DNA of 63,375 nt, filler included, from Octopus bimaculoides (Eukaryota): assembly GCF_001194135.2 (NCBI RefSeq). It is 8 parts of 7 records of this genome, joined end to end, with 100 filler letters (N's around TTAATTAATTAA, not from the genome) between each part and the next. Parts side by side here need not be neighbours in the genome. Positions count along the whole stretch, not along the records: positions 61,007 to 63,375 come from NC_068996.1; 7 more parts are not named here. One strand, 5' to 3'. Within the stretch, counting starts at the first letter, position 1. Each line of letters begins with the position of its first letter. The notes under the pieces are model-generated. The model had not been told where the DNA came from. It saw only the letters and a program-made list of their open reading frames with translations, and did not search any database. Of this stretch, positions 61,180 to 63,375 are shown in pieces. The position numbers were made by a program, and so were the translations under genes.

Positions 61180-61395
61180 GTGTGTCTTTGTGTGTGTATT
61201 TGTCCCCCACCACTGCTTGACAACAGCGTGTTTCTGTCTCCATAACTTAGTAGTTCGGCAAAAGAGACCAATAGAATAAGCACTTGGCTCTAAAAGCCTA
61301 AGTCCTGGTGTTGATTTGCTCAAATAAAGCCCTTAAGGAGGTGCTCCAGCGTGATCTCACTCAAATGACTGAAACAAATAAAAGATAAAAGATAA
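61180..61395 (+). mobile_element. SINE family C tail
   Basis: tttgtcccccaccactgcttgacaac...gttcggcaaaagagacc...ggtgctccagc...caaatgactgaaacaaataaaagataaaaga. Confidence 0.82.
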
Positions 61396-63093
61396 AATGT
61401 ATATGGATCTCTGTTGATTCATCAGAAACAAAAAAAAAAAAAAATTGCAGAACTGAATACAAATGTAAGAGTATTCTTTAATACATTATAACTGAAAGGC
61501 TCTTATTTCCAGTACTTAGACTTACTCGTTTCCTATCATCAGCTGGCAAAAACCTAATTTTTCTTGCGAATATTATGCCTGAATATTTTTTTGAAATATG
61601 AAATGAAAAGTTTGAAGGGAAATGATATCCTTATGTTTGCCCAGATGAGTGAATTTATAGCGTTATATATTCTAAATTTACTGAGAATAAAATTTCTTTA
61701 AATGGACTGTGCTTGTAACTTGAAAATGGCCTGATTCTATCGAGAAATTGTAATGGTCATAGGTTAGATAAATTTAGGAAAAATTTGCTGAAGAATTTCA
61801 AGAAATAGGACAAAGTACTGTAGATACTAACATATCGCCGTTAGTTTTCTTGTCCCAAAATTTTGATAGTTTCACAACATAGCACAAGCCCAATGAGAAG
61901 TTAGTATATATATATACATAGACAAACGAATCACTCAGTTTGTATACTGAGGAACTTGACTGACAATATTGGTAGATGAATATCCTCGTTATGCTCTGGT
62001 GGAGATGCTTCTATGGGCGCAGCTGGTTATTAAATTGAGTCGCTAAGAAATTGTGAGTTCTCCGATGAATTTAAATACGTAAAAACACGGTAAATACACA
62101 GCTTAAGAGTAAAAACAGAAATAGGAGCATTTCATGGTATGGCCCAGTATTTAGCCTAGTATTAAAAACTAATTTTGAGAGAGAATTTTCCGACACGACA
62201 TAGGTATCGAAAAATATTGAATTAGAACAGTGTTAAGGTCAACTTGCAAGCATTTCGTGTGTTATATCAGAAAGTATAAATCTGTGAAGCTGAAGAGAAG
62301 ACAGATGGACACAGCGAGCCAGCAAAGATCGAGCTGTTCGGGCTTAACCCGAGTATAAATTTAATAAAGTGAACGTGTATTTTCAAACTGATTTAATTTC
62401 TGCTAACATTGACTTCAAGTTTGTAATTTCAGCTAATAACTCGGGCTCTTTTTATTGAGCCTGGTCGCTGCTCATTTATTTTCGTTCCGTGTCTGACGGT
62501 CGTCTTAGAGGTGTCCTGCGTCAAAAAATATCATTCGTAGCAGACGTTCTCTCAACATCGTTCACACGCGTCTGACTCAGGCTCAGAAGTTACAGTCCAA
62601 GTTGTTATCTATAATCGTAAAAATTAAAAGTAATTCAAATTCAATGGTTTCTTGAAACAATTTCTATAGAGATTAGGATTTAAATTCCAATCTATGAAAA
62701 GTTTCTGTTCTACAATATTCTTAGAGGAACGAAACATTATTTAGCAAGTTCGGCTAATACAAATGAGCCTGGTAGGTGTAAAAAACTAACTGGCATCTCT
62801 TGTCAAGAGTGCAGGCGACAGTCAGATAGCTGATGTTTGTTGTACACACCACTGTCATTATTTTATTGTTATTATTCTGTGCGTTTGTGTGTAAAAATCA
62901 GTTGTGTTTTGCAGGGTTGCTTTATTTTTACCCATGATTTAGAAATGTAGTGAGACATGGTGCTAGATATAACAAAAATAAGCCACTTGAAGATAGAAAT
63001 GTTGTGAAGATAGAAACATTGCCCTATGCGAAATCTGTGATGAGCCCGAGTGACGCTGAAGATATGGAGTCGCCTTTTATATATATATTTATA

Positions 63094-63313
63094 ACTCAGT
63101 TAACTCAGCTGTAGAAATGAGTTGCGACGTCACTGGTGCCAAGCTGTATGGCCCCTTTGCCTTTCCCATGAATAACATTGGTAGTGAGGAGAGGGGAGAC
63201 TGGTATGCATGGGCGACTGCTGGTCTTCCATAAACAGCCTTGCCCGGACTTGTGCCTCAGAAGGTAACATTCTAGGTGCAATCCCATGGTCATTCATAAC
63301 CGAAGGGGGTCTC
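63094..63313 (+). mobile_element. 5'-truncated SINE family E
   Basis: actcagctgtagaaatgagttgcgac.tcactggtgccaag...cttgcccggacttgtgcctc matches 9140-9350. Confidence 0.85.
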
Positions 63314-63322
63314 AGCAACAAT

Positions 63323-63375
<53 letters not shown>

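Noticed and set aside
61515-61550. Minus-strand CTGATGA-TAG-GAAAC-GA-GTA
   Set aside because: No stem II or stem I pairing; probably chance. Similar partial hits near 47815, 61790 and 62290 were also dismissed.

Overview
AT-rich, microsatellite-saturated, heavily gapped animal genomic DNA. The SINE families and repeat landscape suggest an octopus or other cephalopod draft scaffold (inference from recall; no search was run). No intact or recognisable host protein-coding gene, rRNA, tRNA or CRISPR array was found. Most ORF-track entries are translations of microsatellites, N-gaps or decayed transposons. The window contains dozens of tRNA-derived SINE copies from several families (including head-to-tail arrays and a TSD-flanked dimer), three decayed DD34D-type mariner elements, five 3' fragments of restriction-like-endonuclease (R4/Dong-like) LINEs, two Penelope-like remnants (one interrupted by a solo LTR with a 4-bp TSD), an APE-type LINE remnant and two fold-back MITEs. 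The most notable signal not in the ORF track is a set of minimal type-I hammerhead ribozyme motifs: two with intact catalytic cores (42201-42309 on +, 14762-14805 on -) plus several decayed or truncated ones, none adjacent to Penelope coding sequence. Weaker candidates include a 58-nt splice-bounded exon, a CTCF-like site, a 30-bp-phased TAATC repeat and a promoter-like CpG patch. Seven 100-bp N44-TTAATTAATTAA-N44 blocks are assembly spacers.
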